A stretch of 64,000 nt of DNA from an uncultured delta proteobacterium (GTDB lineage: Bacteria > Desulfobacterota > Binatia > UBA9968). Below, piece after piece: positions 1 to 11,644 of this stretch. Under the pieces are notes generated by a model, which saw only the letters and a program-made list of their open reading frames with translations, did no database searches and was not told where the DNA came from. The first letter of the stretch is position 1, and every line of letters begins with the position of its first letter. The stretch is taken from the NCBI GenBank assembly GCA_963755715.1, contig CAVWLW010000074.1, forward strand, positions 108,164 through 172,163. Reading direction: 5' to 3'. Made by a program: the position numbers and the translations under genes.

Positions 1-894
1 GTCGGCATGGGGAAGGATCTCAGCGCCGAGTTTGCGCTCGCCCGCGAGACTTTCGCCGAGGCCGACGACGCGCTCGGATTTTCTCTCAGCGGACTTTGTT
101 TCGATGGTCCCGAAGCCGATCTCAAGTTGACCGAGAATACCCAACCGGCGATTCTCGCCGCATCGATCGCCGCTTTGCGAGTGCTCGAAGCCGAGACGCC
201 GTTACGCCCCGCTTTTGTTGCCGGTCATAGCTTGGGCGAATATAGCGCGCTCGTTGCCGTCGGTGCGTTTAAGTTTAGTGATGCCGTCAAGGTTGTGCGC
301 GAGCGCGGACGCTTGATGCAGCACGCTGTGCCAGCGGGCCAAGGCGCAATGGCGGTAGTGCTGGGCTTGGAGATGGATGCCGTGGGCGCGCTTTGCGTCG
401 ATGCGGCTTGCGGCGAAGTGGTGTCGCCGGCCAATTTCAACGGCGCTGGACAAGTGGTCATTGCCGGGGCGAGGAGCGCTGTTGAACGCGCGATGGCATT
501 GGCGAAAGAGCGCGGCGCCAAAAGAGTATTGGATCTGCCCGTGAGCGCGCCGTTTCACTGCCAGCTCATGCAGCCAGCGGCGGAAGGTTTAGAACGGACA
601 CTCCACGACGTCGCGGTTCAGCCCTTCGATATCGGCGTCATCACCAACGCCGAAGCTGACGTCAATCGCAGCGCCGAGCGGGTCAAAGCTTTGCTGATCG
701 AACAAGCGGTCCGGCCCGTGCGTTGGGAAGAGTCGGTTAAAAAACTGGTGGCCTTGAACTGCCATCGGGCCATTGAGATCGGTCCCGGCAAGATCCTGAA
801 GGGGCTCATGAAGCGTATCGCGCCGACTATGGAACTGGAGAATTTCGAAACGCCGCAAGATCTATCGAAAGTTGTCTCGGCGTGGAGCCAATGA
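1..894 (+). CDS. fabD: ACP S-malonyltransferase, 5' end outside window
   Basis: TENTQPAI, catalytic GHSLGEY and VSAPFH motifs; upstream of fabG-acpP. Confidence 0.95.
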   Translation, partial: VGMGKDLSAEFALARETFAEADDALGFSLSGLCFDGPEADLKLTENTQPAILAASIAALRVLEAETPLRPAFVAGHSLGEYSALVAVGAFKFSDAVKVVRERGRLMQHAVPAGQGAMAVVLGLEMDAVGALCVDAACGEVVSPANFNGAGQVVIAGARSAVERAMALAKERGAKRVLDLPVSAPFHCQLMQPAAEGLERTLHDVAVQPFDIGVITNAEADVNRSAERVKALLIEQAVRPVRWEESVKKLVALNCHRAIEIGPGKILKGLMKRIAPTMELENFETPQDLSKVVSAWSQ

Positions 895-1635
895 GTTTCG
901 AGGGTCAAATTGCCTTGGTCACCGGCGCCAGCCGCGGCATCGGCCGAGCAATTGGACTGGCCTTCTCCCGTGTCGGCGCGTACGTTATCGTTAACTACCG
1001 TGGCAATGAGGCGGCGGCGCAAGAGTCATTGGCCGCTATCGAGGCCGCGGGAGGGCACGGCGAGCTTTGCCAGTTCGACGTCGCGGAGGAAAGCCAAATC
1101 GAAGACGGCCGCGAAGAAAATCGTTGACCGTCACAAGAAAATTGATATTCTCGTCAACAATGCCGGCATCGCTTCCGATAATCTTCTGATGCGCGTCAAA
1201 CCGGCGGATTGGGACGCAGTCATCGGGACCAATCTCAAGGGCACGGTCCTCTGCACAAAAATCGTTTCTCGTTATATGATCCGCCAGCACTATGGCCGGA
1301 TCGTGAATTTATCTTCCGTGGTCGGACAAACGGGCAACGTTGGACAGTCGCTCTACGCGGCGTCCAAGGCGGGAATCATCGGCTTCACGAAATCCCTGGC
1401 CCGCGAAGTGGCTTCGAGAAACGTGACGGTGAATGCCGTGGCGCCGGGCTTTATTGAAAGCGACATGACGGCTAAATTGCCGGAGCAGCTGCGCCAGGAC
1501 TTTCTCCACTCGATCCCTCTCGGTCGCTTTGGCACTTGCGAGGAAGTCGCCGAAATGATTGTATTTCTCGCTGGGGAGAAGGCTGGCTATATTACCGGGC
1601 AAGTGTTCAATATTAACGGTGGGCTGTACATGTAA
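891..1635 (+). CDS. fabG: 3-oxoacyl-ACP reductase, apparent frameshift near 1105 (likely sequencing error)
   Basis: TGASRGIG in ORF 882-1127; NNAG and YAASK in ORF 910-1635; ATG at 891 overlaps fabD stop. Confidence 0.92.
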
Positions 1636-1662
1636 CGAATCTGTAGCAGGAGGTATGTGAAG

Positions 1663-1899
1663 ATGGCGGCGTCTGTTCAGGCTAGGGTGAAAGAAATTGT
1701 CTGTGAGCAACTTGGGGTAAGCGCGGAAGAGGTGACCCCGGAAGCTTCCTTTATAGAAGACTTGGGTGCTGATTCTCTAGACATCGTCGAGCTGGTGATG
1801 GCGCTCGAAGAGGAATATGAGATGGAGATTTCCGACGAGGACGCGGAAAAAATAAAAACCGTCCAGGATGTCATCACCTACATCGAAGCTCATCGTTAG
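1663..1899 (+). CDS. acpP: acyl carrier protein
   Basis: [12 protein letters not shown] phosphopantetheine motif; AGGAGG RBS. Confidence 0.97.
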   Translation: MAASVQARVKEIVCEQLGVSAEEVTPEASFIEDLGADSLDIVELVMALEEEYEMEISDEDAEKIKTVQDVITYIEAHR

Positions 1900-1966
1900 G
1901 AACTCCGGATCGCGCAGAGCGCTTTCGGGCTGGTTGATCACCCATCGGCCATCGGAGAAGCAACGC

Positions 1967-2014
1967 AAATCGCAGGGGAGTGGCGTCCAGGCCCACGTTC
2001 CTGCGATTTTCTTT
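1967..2014 (+). terminator. probable intrinsic terminator after acpP
   Basis: AAATCGCAGG...CCTGCGATTT inverted repeat followed by a T-rich tract. Confidence 0.6.
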
Positions 2015-2052
2015 ATCCCAAGATTGCGCTCGGCCAATTCGCTGGAGAATTT

Positions 2053-2526
2053 ATGATCGCATTCGCCTGCGACCATGGCGGCGTGGAGCTTAAAGATTTT
2101 CTCGTCGATAGCTTGCGCACCGATGGCGTCGTTATCGGTGATTACGGCACCCACGGTAAGGATTCAGTCGATTACCCGGATTATGCGCGTGAAGTTTGCC
2201 GGCGCGTGGTCTCGGGAGAAGCAGCGCGCGGCGTGCTCGTCTGCACGAGCGGCATCGGTATGTCGATCATCGCCAATAAATTTCCCGGCGTGCGGGCCGC
2301 ACTGGTGCAGGACCTAGACGGCGCGCGCTCGAGCCGCGAGCATAACGACGCCAACGTGCTGGTTCTGAGCGGCGCGAAGACCGACAAATCTTTGGCCCGA
2401 CAAATCATCGACGCCTGGCTCGCCACGCCGTTCGCCGGTGGACGGCATCAGCGCCGGGTAGATAAGATCACTCAGACGGAAAAAGATCTCGGTATCCGGC
2501 TCATCGTCGAAGCGGAGAAGAAATAG
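2053..2526 (+). CDS. rpiB: ribose-5-phosphate isomerase B
   Basis: DHGG, SVDYPD, CTSGIG, HNDANVL and GGRHQRR motifs. Confidence 0.95.
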   Translation: MIAFACDHGGVELKDFLVDSLRTDGVVIGDYGTHGKDSVDYPDYAREVCRRVVSGEAARGVLVCTSGIGMSIIANKFPGVRAALVQDLDGARSSREHNDANVLVLSGAKTDKSLARQIIDAWLATPFAGGRHQRRVDKITQTEKDLGIRLIVEAEKK

Positions 2527-2541
2527 AGCGAAGGAAGTCCT

Positions 2542-3810
2542 ATGTCATTTCTCGAACAAGCGGACCCAGCCGTGTTCTCGGCGATTCAGAAGGAAACGCA
2601 AAGGCTCGAAGGCAACCTGGAGCTGATCGCCTCGGAAAACGTCGTGAGCGAAGCGGTGTTGGAAGCGCAGGGCTGCGTGATGACCAACAAGTACGCGGAA
2701 GGCTATCCGGGCAAACGCTACTACGGCGGTTGCGAGTTCGTCGATGAAGTCGAGTCTTTGGCCATCGCGCGGGCAAAGGAGCTTTTTAGCGCCGATCATG
2801 CCAACGTGCAGCCCCATTCGGGCTCGCAGGCGAACATGACGGTTTATTTGTCCGTGCTAAAACCGGGCGATACCTATCTAGGTATGAACCTGGCGCACGG
2901 CGGGCATCTGTCGATGGGTAGCCCGGTCAATTTTTCCGGGTTTATTTACAAAGTGATTCCTTACGGCGTGTCCGAGAAAACCGAAACGATCGATTACGAC
3001 GAAGTCGAACGCTTGGCAAAAGAGCACCGTCCCAAATTGGTTGTCGCTGGCGCTAGTGCCTATCCGCGCGTGATCGACTATCCGCGCTTTCGCAAAATTG
3101 CCGACGATATCGGCGCTTTGCTGATGGTGGACATGGCGCATATCGCTGGTTTGGTGGCGGCCGGGTTGCACCCGAGTCCGGTGCCGTACGCCGACTTTGT
3201 TACGACGACGACTCATAAGACCTTGCGTGGCCCGCGCGGTGGCATGGTGCTGTGCAAAGCCGAGCACGCCAAGACGGTCGATAGCAAAGTTTTTCCCGGC
3301 ATGCAGGGCGGGCCGTTGATGCACGTGATTGCCGCCAAAGCGGTGGCGCTCAAGGAAGCCTTGAGCCCGGAATTTAAAATTTATCAGCAACAGATCGTCA
3401 AAAATGCTCAGACGCTCGCAAAGGGCTTGATGAGCCATGGTTTCAGGCTGACTTCCGACGGCACCGACAATCATTTGATGCTCGTTGATCTGCGCAAATC
3501 CGAGTTGACCGGCAAGGTCGCTCAGGAGACGCTCGATAAAGCGCGCATTACGGTGAATCGAAACGCCGTCCCGTTCGACACCCGTTCGCCGTTTGTCACC
3601 AGTGGGGTTCGCATCGGCACGCCGGCGGTGACGACGCGCGGCATGAAAGAGCCGGAAATGGCGATCATCGCGGATCTTATCGCGCGCGCTCTCGATCACG
3701 TGAGCGACGCCGCCGCGCTACGATCGATCGCCGACGCGGTCGGCGAGCTGTGCGGAAAATTTCCGGTTTATCCACACCGGCTGGGAAACGTGGAGCGCGA
3801 TAGAAGATAG
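2542..3810 (+). CDS. glyA: serine hydroxymethyltransferase
   Basis: [21 protein letters not shown] and [16 protein letters not shown] motif. Confidence 0.98.
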   Translation: MSFLEQADPAVFSAIQKETQRLEGNLELIASENVVSEAVLEAQGCVMTNKYAEGYPGKRYYGGCEFVDEVESLAIARAKELFSADHANVQPHSGSQANMTVYLSVLKPGDTYLGMNLAHGGHLSMGSPVNFSGFIYKVIPYGVSEKTETIDYDEVERLAKEHRPKLVVAGASAYPRVIDYPRFRKIADDIGALLMVDMAHIAGLVAAGLHPSPVPYADFVTTTTHKTLRGPRGGMVLCKAEHAKTVDSKVFPGMQGGPLMHVIAAKAVALKEALSPEFKIYQQQIVKNAQTLAKGLMSHGFRLTSDGTDNHLMLVDLRKSELTGKVAQETLDKARITVNRNAVPFDTRSPFVTSGVRIGTPAVTTRGMKEPEMAIIADLIARALDHVSDAAALRSIADAVGELCGKFPVYPHRLGNVERDRR

Positions 3811-3856
3811 AAGATCGCGGTTCGCGATCGGCCATTCACGATCCTTAGTAAACGCT

Positions 3857-4360
3857 ATGAAATGTCCCTTTTGCCATGAGACGGAAAATCGCGTCATCGA
3901 CTCGCGCTTGAGCAAAGACAGCAACATGATCCGGCGCCGGCGCGAGTGCGGGCGCTGCAGCCGGCGCTTTACCACCTACGAGCGAGTCGAGGAAATGATG
4001 CCTCTCGTCGTCAAAAAAGACGGACGGCGCGAGAGCTACGATCGTTTGAAGATCATCAATGGCTTGAAACGGGCCTGCGAAAAACGTCCGGTCAGCATCA
4101 ATACCATCGAAGCGATCGCTGACAGGATCGAACGAACGATTCAAGAACGCGGCGAAAAAGAAGTCGCCAGCTCGGTCATCGGTGAAACTTTGATGCGCGA
4201 GTTGCACGACACCGATCCGGTGGCTTACGTGCGTTTTGCATCGGTGTATCGCTCTTTCAAAGACATCAGCGAGTTCATGGTCGAGCTCGAAGAGTTGCTG
4301 AAGGAACGCAAGGGCATGCCGCTTATCAAGGTCGCCGAGGCGCGCCAAAAGAGGGAATAG
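3857..4360 (+). CDS. nrdR: transcriptional repressor NrdR
   Basis: MKCPFC...RRRREC zinc ribbon, ATP cone, [10 protein letters not shown]. Confidence 0.97.
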   Translation: MKCPFCHETENRVIDSRLSKDSNMIRRRRECGRCSRRFTTYERVEEMMPLVVKKDGRRESYDRLKIINGLKRACEKRPVSINTIEAIADRIERTIQERGEKEVASSVIGETLMRELHDTDPVAYVRFASVYRSFKDISEFMVELEELLKERKGMPLIKVAEARQKRE

Positions 4361-4365
4361 CATCT

Positions 4366-5470
4366 TTGTCGGCGTCACGCTGGAGCGCACAAGATCTCAG
4401 ATATATCCGAAGGGCGTGCCGCTTGGCTCGAAAGGCGGCGGGCAGAACCAGCCCCAATCCCATGGTCGGCGCGGTTCTCGTGCGCGCCGGCCGAGTCGTC
4501 GGCGCTGGGTTCCACCAATTCGCTGGCGGTGATCATGCTGAAATCATCGCACTCAAGCGCGCCGGCGCGAAAGCGCGTGGCGCCACGCTCTATATTACGC
4601 TGGAGCCATGCAGCCATCAGGGGCGCACGCCGCCGTGTACCCGTGCGTTGATCGGCGCCGGTATCAAAGAGGTCGTCTGCGGCACGAGGGATCCCAATCC
4701 GCTGGTTGCGGGACGAGGCTTTCGCAAGCTCAGAACGAGCGGGCATCCAGGTGCGGGTCGGCGTTTTGGAAAACGAATGTCGCGCCCTGATCGAAAGTTT
4801 TTCTAAATTCATCACGCGTCGCCTGCCGTTCGTCACGCTAAAGCTAGCTGCGACCCTGGACGGCAAAATCGCCGCGGCGAGCGGCGACGCGCGCTGGATC
4901 AGCGGCGAAGATTCGCGCCTGACGGTGCACCGCATGCGCAACGAGGTTGACGCGGTCGTCGTTGGCATCGGCACGGTTAAAGCCGACGATCCGCAACTGA
5001 CATGCCGGATCCCGGGCGGCCGCAATCCGCGGCGCATTGTCCTCGATAGCCGCCTCGGCATCGACTTTTCCGCGGCGATCCTGCATCAGGTTGATCCGGC
5101 AAAGACGATCATCGTCACTGGCACGGCGGTTTCAATAACAAAATTGCGCTCGCTCGAAGCGCTCGGCGCGCAGGTTTGGTCAATGCCACTTCGGCATCGA
5201 GAGGTGGCGTGGTTGCCCTTGCTGCGGAAACTCGCGGCTTTGGGCATTGTCAGCGTGATGATTGAAGGCGGCGCGGCGGTCGCCGCCTCGGCTCTCAAAG
5301 CCAAGATCGTGGACAAGATCATTTTTTTCTATGCGCCGAAGTTTATCGGCGGCGATGGACGGGCAATGATTGCTCCGTTGAACATCAGGCGCGTGCGAAA
5401 CTCCATCCCGTTAAAAAAAATTCGTGTCGAGAAATCCGGCGCTGATTTGATGATCACCGGCTATTTTTAA
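4366..5470 (+). CDS. ribD: riboflavin deaminase/reductase, apparent frameshift near 4740
   Basis: PNPMVG, HAE and LEPCSH...PPC in the first frame; KLAATLDG and MIEGG in the second. Confidence 0.93.
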
Positions 5471-5517
5471 AACGGCAGCCTTGGACGGCAATCAACAATT
5501 CATTGGAAAATCAGAGC

Positions 5518-6111
5518 ATGTTTACCGGACTCATCGAAGACGTAGGGACGATCGGCGATTTGCGGCTGCAACAGAAGTCGGCGGTGCTGACCGTCAAAAC
5601 CAAGTTGCCGGTTCGCTCGATGGCGCGTGGCGCGAGCGTGGCGGTCAATGGCGCTTGCTTGACCGTCGTCAAAAAGGGCCTGAGGTCGTTTACCGTGGAC
5701 GTCTCGCCGGAAACTTTGCAGCGCACCAGCCTGGAAACTTTAACCGTCGGTAGCATGGTTAATCTGGAGCGGCCGATGCGTTTAGCCGATCGGCTCGGCG
5801 GACATTTAGTGACGGGGCATGTGGACGGTGTCGGCGCGGTCGCGGCGATCGAAAAGCAAGGCGAGTTTACCATTATTACTTTCGAGGTGCCGGCGCCGCT
5901 CGGCGCCTTGCTGGTGCCGAAGGGATCGGTCGCCGTCGATGGCATCAGTTTGACGGTCAATGTTTGCCGCAAACAGCGATTTTCCGTGGCGATTATTCCG
6001 TTTACCTTGCGGCACACTAATTTGCGCGCCCGCAGGGTTGGTGATAAGGTTAACATCGAAACCGATTTGATCGGCAAATATGTGCAAAGCTTCATGCGCC
6101 AAAGCGGCTAG
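5518..6111 (+). CDS. ribE: riboflavin synthase alpha chain
   Basis: MFTGLIE start, GGHLVTGHVDG, VNIETD. Confidence 0.96.
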   Translation: MFTGLIEDVGTIGDLRLQQKSAVLTVKTKLPVRSMARGASVAVNGACLTVVKKGLRSFTVDVSPETLQRTSLETLTVGSMVNLERPMRLADRLGGHLVTGHVDGVGAVAAIEKQGEFTIITFEVPAPLGALLVPKGSVAVDGISLTVNVCRKQRFSVAIIPFTLRHTNLRARRVGDKVNIETDLIGKYVQSFMRQSG

Positions 6112-6149
6112 AACAACGCCGCGCAATTACACTCTGCATTTTCGCTCTC

Positions 6150-7376
6150 ATGTCGCTCTCTAGCATCGAAGAAGGTCTCGAGGAGATCCGCAACGGCCGG
6201 ATGGTGATCCTGGTAGACGAGGATGCGCCGGAGAGCGACGGCTTTTTCTGTCTCGCGGCGGAAAAAGTTACGGCCCAAGCGGTCAATTATATGTTGCGTT
6301 ACGGACGCGGCATTGTTTACGTGACGTTAGTGGACGAGCGCATTCGCGAACTCGGCATTCCTATGGTGCCGGAGGAGAACAGCCGACTGGCGGGATTGCT
6401 CTGCGGCGCGTCTTTTTCGATCAGTTTGGAAGGCGTGCACGGAGTTTCCGCACAGGGACGAGCGCACACGATTCAGGCGGCGATCGCTGACACGACCAAA
6501 CATGAGGATCTCGTCATCCCCGGCCATGTGCAGCCGCTTCAGGCGCGCAGCGGCGGTGTTTTGGCACGCTCAGGCCGAACCGATGCATCGGTGGATTTGG
6601 CGCACTTGGCCGGCTTCAAGCCGGCGGGTGCGATTTGTCAGATCCTCGCCGACGACGGATCTGTGGCATTGCTGCCGGGGTTGAAGCGGCTCGCTGAAGA
6701 GCAGCATTTGAAAATCGTCTCGGTCGCGGATTTGATCGCCTATCGATTGCGCAACGAGAGCTTGGTCCGACGCGTCGCCGAAGAAGAGTTTCCCACCATT
6801 CACGGCGGCATGTATCGCGCCATTGTCTATCGCAACGAAGTCGACGGTCTGGAGCACATGGCGTTGGTCAAAGGCGATATCAGCCGCCCCGATCAGGTGC
6901 TGGTTCGGGTTCATTCCGAATGTCTGACCGGCGATGTGTTCGGCTCGGAGCGCTGCGACTGCGGCGATCAGATTCGTCAGTCGCTGCACTTGATCGACGA
7001 GCGCGGCCGAGGGGTGCTGATTTATATGCATCAGGAAGGGCGAGGCATCGGCTTGACCAACAAGATCAAAGCCTACGCATTGCAGGACCAGGGACGCGAC
7101 ACGGTCGAGGCCAACCTCGAATTGGGCTTTAAAGAAGACTTGCGCGACTACGGCATCGCCGCGCAGATTTTGCGCGACTTGCGCGTGGAAAAAGTCGAGC
7201 TATTGACCAACAATCCGCGCAAGATCGCCGGGCTGGAAGTTTATGGCGTCAAAGTCGTCGAGCGCGTACCCTTGGAGGCGCCGCCGCGCGACAGCAATAT
7301 TCATTATCTGCGAACGAAACAAATCAAGCTCGGCCATTTGTTATCGAATCTCGAAGCCAAACCTGTGAAGCGATAG
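6150..7376 (+). CDS. ribBA: RibBA-type fusion with intact GTP cyclohydrolase II and degenerate DHBP-synthase domain
   Basis: RVHSECLTGDVFGSERCDC, QEGRGIG and LTNNPRK intact; N-domain RENEGD motif replaced by PESDGF. Confidence 0.9.
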   Translation: MSLSSIEEGLEEIRNGRMVILVDEDAPESDGFFCLAAEKVTAQAVNYMLRYGRGIVYVTLVDERIRELGIPMVPEENSRLAGLLCGASFSISLEGVHGVSAQGRAHTIQAAIADTTKHEDLVIPGHVQPLQARSGGVLARSGRTDASVDLAHLAGFKPAGAICQILADDGSVALLPGLKRLAEEQHLKIVSVADLIAYRLRNESLVRRVAEEEFPTIHGGMYRAIVYRNEVDGLEHMALVKGDISRPDQVLVRVHSECLTGDVFGSERCDCGDQIRQSLHLIDERGRGVLIYMHQEGRGIGLTNKIKAYALQDQGRDTVEANLELGFKEDLRDYGIAAQILRDLRVEKVELLTNNPRKIAGLEVYGVKVVERVPLEAPPRDSNIHYLRTKQIKLGHLLSNLEAKPVKR

Positions 7377-7395
7377 AACACGCGCGGGCGCGGCC

Positions 7396-7863
7396 ATGAG
7401 CAAAATCATCGAAGGCAAGAAAGACGCGCAGGGCCTGAAAATCGGTATCGTCGTGAGCCGCTATAACCATTTTATTACGGAAAAATTACTCGATGGCGCC
7501 TTGGACGGATTTAAAAGCCACGGCGGGGACGATGACAAAGTAACGATCGTGCGGGTTCCCGGCGCTTTCGAGATTCCGCTGATCGCCGATAAGTTGGCGG
7601 CCAGCGGCCGATACGATGCGCTGGTCTGTTTGGGGGCGGTGATTCGCGGCGACACACCGCATTTCGATTATGTTTGCGACGCGGTCACACGCGGCATCGG
7701 CGCGGCAGTGCAGGCTCACAAGATTCCCATCGGCTTCGGTGTTCTGACGACCAACGACGTGCAGCAGGCGATGGAACGCGCCGGTGCGAAGGACGCCAAC
7801 AAGGGTTATGAGGCGCTGTTGACAGTCGTCGAGATGATCAGCGTGCTGCGCCAGTTAACGTAG
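7396..7863 (+). CDS. ribH: 6,7-dimethyl-8-ribityllumazine synthase
   Basis: VPGAFEIP, GAVIRGDTPHFDYV, NKG. Confidence 0.97.
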   Translation: MSKIIEGKKDAQGLKIGIVVSRYNHFITEKLLDGALDGFKSHGGDDDKVTIVRVPGAFEIPLIADKLAASGRYDALVCLGAVIRGDTPHFDYVCDAVTRGIGAAVQAHKIPIGFGVLTTNDVQQAMERAGAKDANKGYEALLTVVEMISVLRQLT

Positions 7864-7902
7864 CATCGAACGGTTTTTACCATTCATACTTCAGAGTCAC
7901 CA

Positions 7903-8361
7903 TTGTCGGCGGATCAAGACAGTTTTTTGCCCGGCCATTCGGTCAAGGGCACACGGCGCAAGGGGCGTGAGCTGGCGCTCCAAGCGCTGTATCAGATCGA
8001 GATCACGAGCGATCCGTCGGTCGCGGCCGTGGATCTGTTCCTGCAACATTTCGAGGGCAATGCGGCGGCCAAAGAATTTGCCCGCCGCTTGGTTTCCGGG
8101 GTGGTGAGCCAGTCGGTTGAAATCGACCGGCTAATTGCTGAATGCACGGAAAATTGGAAGCTCGCGCGGTTGGCGAAAGTCGATCTGGTGGTGCTGCGCA
8201 TGGCGACCTACGAATTGGTTTTTTGCCCCGACATCCCGTCGCGCGTCAGCTTGGATGAGGCCATCGAGATCGGCAAGCGCTTCGGCAGCGCCGAATCCGC
8301 CACTTTCATCAATGGAGTGTTGGATCACGTGGCGCAATCCAGTGGTGTCAAATCGGACTGA
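7903..8361 (+). CDS. nusB: transcription antitermination factor NusB
   Basis: RRKGRELALQALYQ, DEAIEIGKRF, FINGVLD. Confidence 0.95.
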   Translation: MSADQDSFLPGHSVKGTRRKGRELALQALYQIEITSDPSVAAVDLFLQHFEGNAAAKEFARRLVSGVVSQSVEIDRLIAECTENWKLARLAKVDLVVLRMATYELVFCPDIPSRVSLDEAIEIGKRFGSAESATFINGVLDHVAQSSGVKSD

Positions 8362-8370
8362 TCCAAGCTC

Positions 8371-10968
8371 ATGGAAGAACGCTACCAACCCAAAGCGATC
8401 GAGGAAAAGTGGCAGCAACGCTGGGAGGCTCGCCGCGCATTCACCGCGAGCGAGGATGCGGCAAAGCCCAAGTACTACGTCCTGGAGATGTTTCCTTATC
8501 CATCCGGCCGTATTCACATGGGGCACGTGCGCAATTACTCCATCGGCGACGTGGTCGCGCGCTACAAGCGCATGCGCGGTTTCAACACGCTCCATCCGAT
8601 GGGCTGGGACGCCTTCGGCTTGCCGGCTGAAAATGCCGCCATCGAGCGCGGCGTGCATCCGGAAACGTGGACGCAGGAAAATATTCTCTACATGAAAACC
8701 CAGCTCAAACGCATGGGACTTTCCTACGATTGGGAGCGCGAGCTCGCCACTTGCGAGCCCGAATACTATCGCTGGAATCAATGGATCTTTCTCCAGTTTT
8801 TCAAAAAAGGGCTGGCTTATAAAAAGAGCTCCTTCGTCAACTGGTGTCCGTCGTGCGAGACGGTTTTGGCCAACGAGCAGGTCATCGACGGCCGATGTTG
8901 GCGTTGTGATTCGCTGGTCACGCAAAAAGAGCTCGAGCAATGGTTTTTTCGCATCACGGATTATGCGGAAGAATTGCTGAGCGATTTGGACACGCTGAGC
9001 GGCTGGCCCGACAAAGTGCTCACCATGCAGCGCAACTGGATCGGCAAGTCGGTGGGCGCCGAAATCGATTTTCCCTTGATCGGACATGAAGGGGCGCTGC
9101 GCATTTTCACGACGCGACCGGATACGATCTTTGGCGCGACGTTCGTTTCCCTCGCGATCGAACATCCATTGGCTTTCAAGCTCGCCGTCGGCACGGCGCA
9201 AGAAGCCGCGGTGAGAGCATTCATCGAGCGATTTAAGAATATCAGTCAGACCAACCGGGGCGCAGAGGAAGGAGAAAAGGAAGGCGTGTTCACCGGCGCC
9301 TACTGCCTAAATCCGTATACGGGTGAAAACATCCCGATCTATCTCGCAAACTTTGTGCTCATGGAATACGGCACCGGCGCGGTCATGGCGGTGCCGGCGC
9401 ACGATCAAAGAGACTTCGAATTCGCGAAAAAATATGATCTGCCGATTCGCGTGGTGATTCAGCCGCGCGACCGCGAGATGCAGTCGACGCCTTTGACCGA
9501 AGCCTACGTCGATGAAGGAGTGATGGTCGATAGCGGCAGTTTTTCCGGCTTGGCGAATACGGTAGGCAAGGAAAAAGTCGCCGCTTACGCCGAGGAAAAC
9601 GGATGGGGCAAGAAAGCGATTCGCTATCGTTTGCGCGATTGGGGCGTGTCGCGCCAGCGTTACTGGGGCACGCCAATACCCATCATCTATTGCGATCGTT
9701 GCGGCACGGTGCCTGTGCCGGAGAGTCAATTGCCGGTGCTGCTCCCGAAAGACGTTCCATTTACCGGCAAGGGCGGTTCGCCGCTCGCCGAAAGCAAACT
9801 TTTTTCCGAAGTCGCTTGCCCTCAATGCGGCGGTCCGGCGCGCCGCGAAACCGACACCATGGACACTTTCGTGGATTCGTCGTGGTATTTTTTGCGTTAC
9901 ACGTCAGCCAGATTTACCGAGGGACCGTTTGACGCCGAAAAAGCACGCTATTGGATGGCGGTGGATCAGTATATCGGCGGCGTCGAGCACGCGGTTTTGC
10001 ATCTTCTTTACGCGCGCTTTTTTACCAAGGCGCTGCGCGATTTGGGCCTGGTCAACGTCGACGAGCCGTTCAGTAACCTCTTGACCCAGGGAATGGTCTC
10101 AAAAGAGACTTACCGATGCATTGAGCATAACTGGCTTTTTCCGGGAGAACTCATCGGCTCGGAAAAAGAAGGCTGGAAGTGTCCCCATTGCGGCCGACCC
10201 GTGGAACGCGGCCGGGTGGAGAAAATGTCCAAGTCGAAGAAAAACATAGTCGACCCGGAGGAATTGATAAATCTTTACGGCGCCGATACCGCGCGTTTGT
10301 TTACGCTCTTTGCCGCGCCGCCGGAAAAGGATCTGGAGTGGAGCGATCAAGGCGTCGAGGGCGCTTATCGTTTTCTCTCCCGCTTGTGGAGATTCATTTA
10401 TCAAAACCGGCAGTATTGGTTTACCAGCTCAGCCAATGGCGACGATAGTCAAGTTTCAACGGAACTGCGCGATCTGCGGCGCGCGATCCACCGAACCATT
10501 AAGAAGGTCGGCGACGACATCGACGGACGGTTTCATTTCAATACGGCGATCGCCGCGATTATGGAACTGTTCAACGCTCTGAGCGCGGCGGCGCAGATGA
10601 GACCTGAGTCGAGCGCGGCAAGGCAGGTCGTTAAAGAAGGGACCGAGGCGATCATTGTGCTGCTGGCGCCGTTTGTCCCGCACGTCGCGAGCGAGCTGTG
10701 GGAAGAGTTGGGTCATGGCCAGCACTTGGATCAGGCTCCGTGGCCGAGTTACTCAGAAGCGGCATTGGCGGAAGAAGAATTGCTGATCGTCGTTCAGGTG
10801 AACGGCAAAGTGCGCGGCAAGATCACGGTGCCCGCCGACGTGACTCAGGAATATATCGAAACCAATGCGCTGGCCGATCCCAAGGTCCTCGGTTTTCTGG
10901 ACGGTAAAAATGTCCGGCGGGTGGTTTACGTGCCGCGCCGCTTGGTCAACATTGTCGTGGAGGGCTAA
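8371..10968 (+). CDS. leuS: leucyl-tRNA synthetase
   Basis: MFPYPSG, HMGH, KMSKS and C-terminal VQVNGKVRG. Confidence 0.98.
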   Translation: MEERYQPKAIEEKWQQRWEARRAFTASEDAAKPKYYVLEMFPYPSGRIHMGHVRNYSIGDVVARYKRMRGFNTLHPMGWDAFGLPAENAAIERGVHPETWTQENILYMKTQLKRMGLSYDWERELATCEPEYYRWNQWIFLQFFKKGLAYKKSSFVNWCPSCETVLANEQVIDGRCWRCDSLVTQKELEQWFFRITDYAEELLSDLDTLSGWPDKVLTMQRNWIGKSVGAEIDFPLIGHEGALRIFTTRPDTIFGATFVSLAIEHPLAFKLAVGTAQEAAVRAFIERFKNISQTNRGAEEGEKEGVFTGAYCLNPYTGENIPIYLANFVLMEYGTGAVMAVPAHDQRDFEFAKKYDLPIRVVIQPRDREMQSTPLTEAYVDEGVMVDSGSFSGLANTVGKEKVAAYAEENGWGKKAIRYRLRDWGVSRQRYWGTPIPIIYCDRCGTVPVPESQLPVLLPKDVPFTGKGGSPLAESKLFSEVACPQCGGPARRETDTMDTFVDSSWYFLRYTSARFTEGPFDAEKARYWMAVDQYIGGVEHAVLHLLYARFFTKALRDLGLVNVDEPFSNLLTQGMVSKETYRCIEHNWLFPGELIGSEKEGWKCPHCGRPVERGRVEKMSKSKKNIVDPEELINLYGADTARLFTLFAAPPEKDLEWSDQGVEGAYRFLSRLWRFIYQNRQYWFTSSANGDDSQVSTELRDLRRAIHRTIKKVGDDIDGRFHFNTAIAAIMELFNALSAAAQMRPESSAARQVVKEGTEAIIVLLAPFVPHVASELWEELGHGQHLDQAPWPSYSEAALAEEELLIVVQVNGKVRGKITVPADVTQEYIETNALADPKVLGFLDGKNVRRVVYVPRRLVNIVVEG

Positions 10969-11583
10969 ATGATGCGATCCTATTTTTGGCTGTCGCGCTT
11001 CGCGGTGTGGTTATTTGCGATGATGACTGTGGCGCCGCTTGGCGGCTGTGGCTATCAATTTGTCGGCGAGAGCTCTCTATTGCCCAAAGAGGCCCGGACG
11101 ATCTACGTCGAGCCGTTCGTCAATCGCAGCCGCGATGTCGGCTTAGACAAGGAGCTGACGACGGCGTTGAGAGGAGAGTTTTATCGTCGTGGTCAACTTA
11201 AGATCGTCGATAGCGCCGAGCAAGCGGATGTTATTCTCAGCGGGGTGATTCGGTCTTTCGCGGACAGCACCGCCTCGGTAAACCGCGACGATGAAGTGCT
11301 GCAATACGAGTCCCTGCTCATTATGGATGTCACCTTGCGGCGTCGCGAGCCCAATGAAATTTTGTGGCGCGGCCAGGGAGTGCGGCTCAATCAAGTGTAC
11401 GCCGGTTCAAGAGCAGCGGTGGTGACGACTTCCTCGGCATTTCGCACCGGCACGTTCAACTCAACGGATGTAAGCCAACTGACGGACATTCAGCAGACCG
11501 AAGTAGACCGTAGAGCGACCAGAGACCGACTGATGGAGCAATTCGCCAGGGAACTGCACCAGCGCGTCACCGAAATGTTCTAG
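10969..11583 (+). CDS. lptE: LptE-family lipoprotein
   Basis: lipobox LGGCGY; canonical position right after leuS. Confidence 0.8.
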   Translation: MMRSYFWLSRFAVWLFAMMTVAPLGGCGYQFVGESSLLPKEARTIYVEPFVNRSRDVGLDKELTTALRGEFYRRGQLKIVDSAEQADVILSGVIRSFADSTASVNRDDEVLQYESLLIMDVTLRRREPNEILWRGQGVRLNQVYAGSRAAVVTTSSAFRTGTFNSTDVSQLTDIQQTEVDRRATRDRLMEQFARELHQRVTEMF

Positions 11584-11644
11584 CTGGAAGTGGCTTTCTT
11601 CAGGAACCGGCTTGTCGATCAAGTCCTGGGGAAGAGGATTTGCT

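Noticed and set aside
1900-2052. Missing fabF between acpP and rpiB as a significant loss
   Set aside because: No remnant is visible and fabF may simply lie elsewhere; this cannot be judged from one window.
891-5470. fabG and ribD as pseudogenes or programmed frameshifts
   Set aside because: Core genes otherwise intact, no evident slippery-site plus stimulator, and similar indels occur throughout the window.
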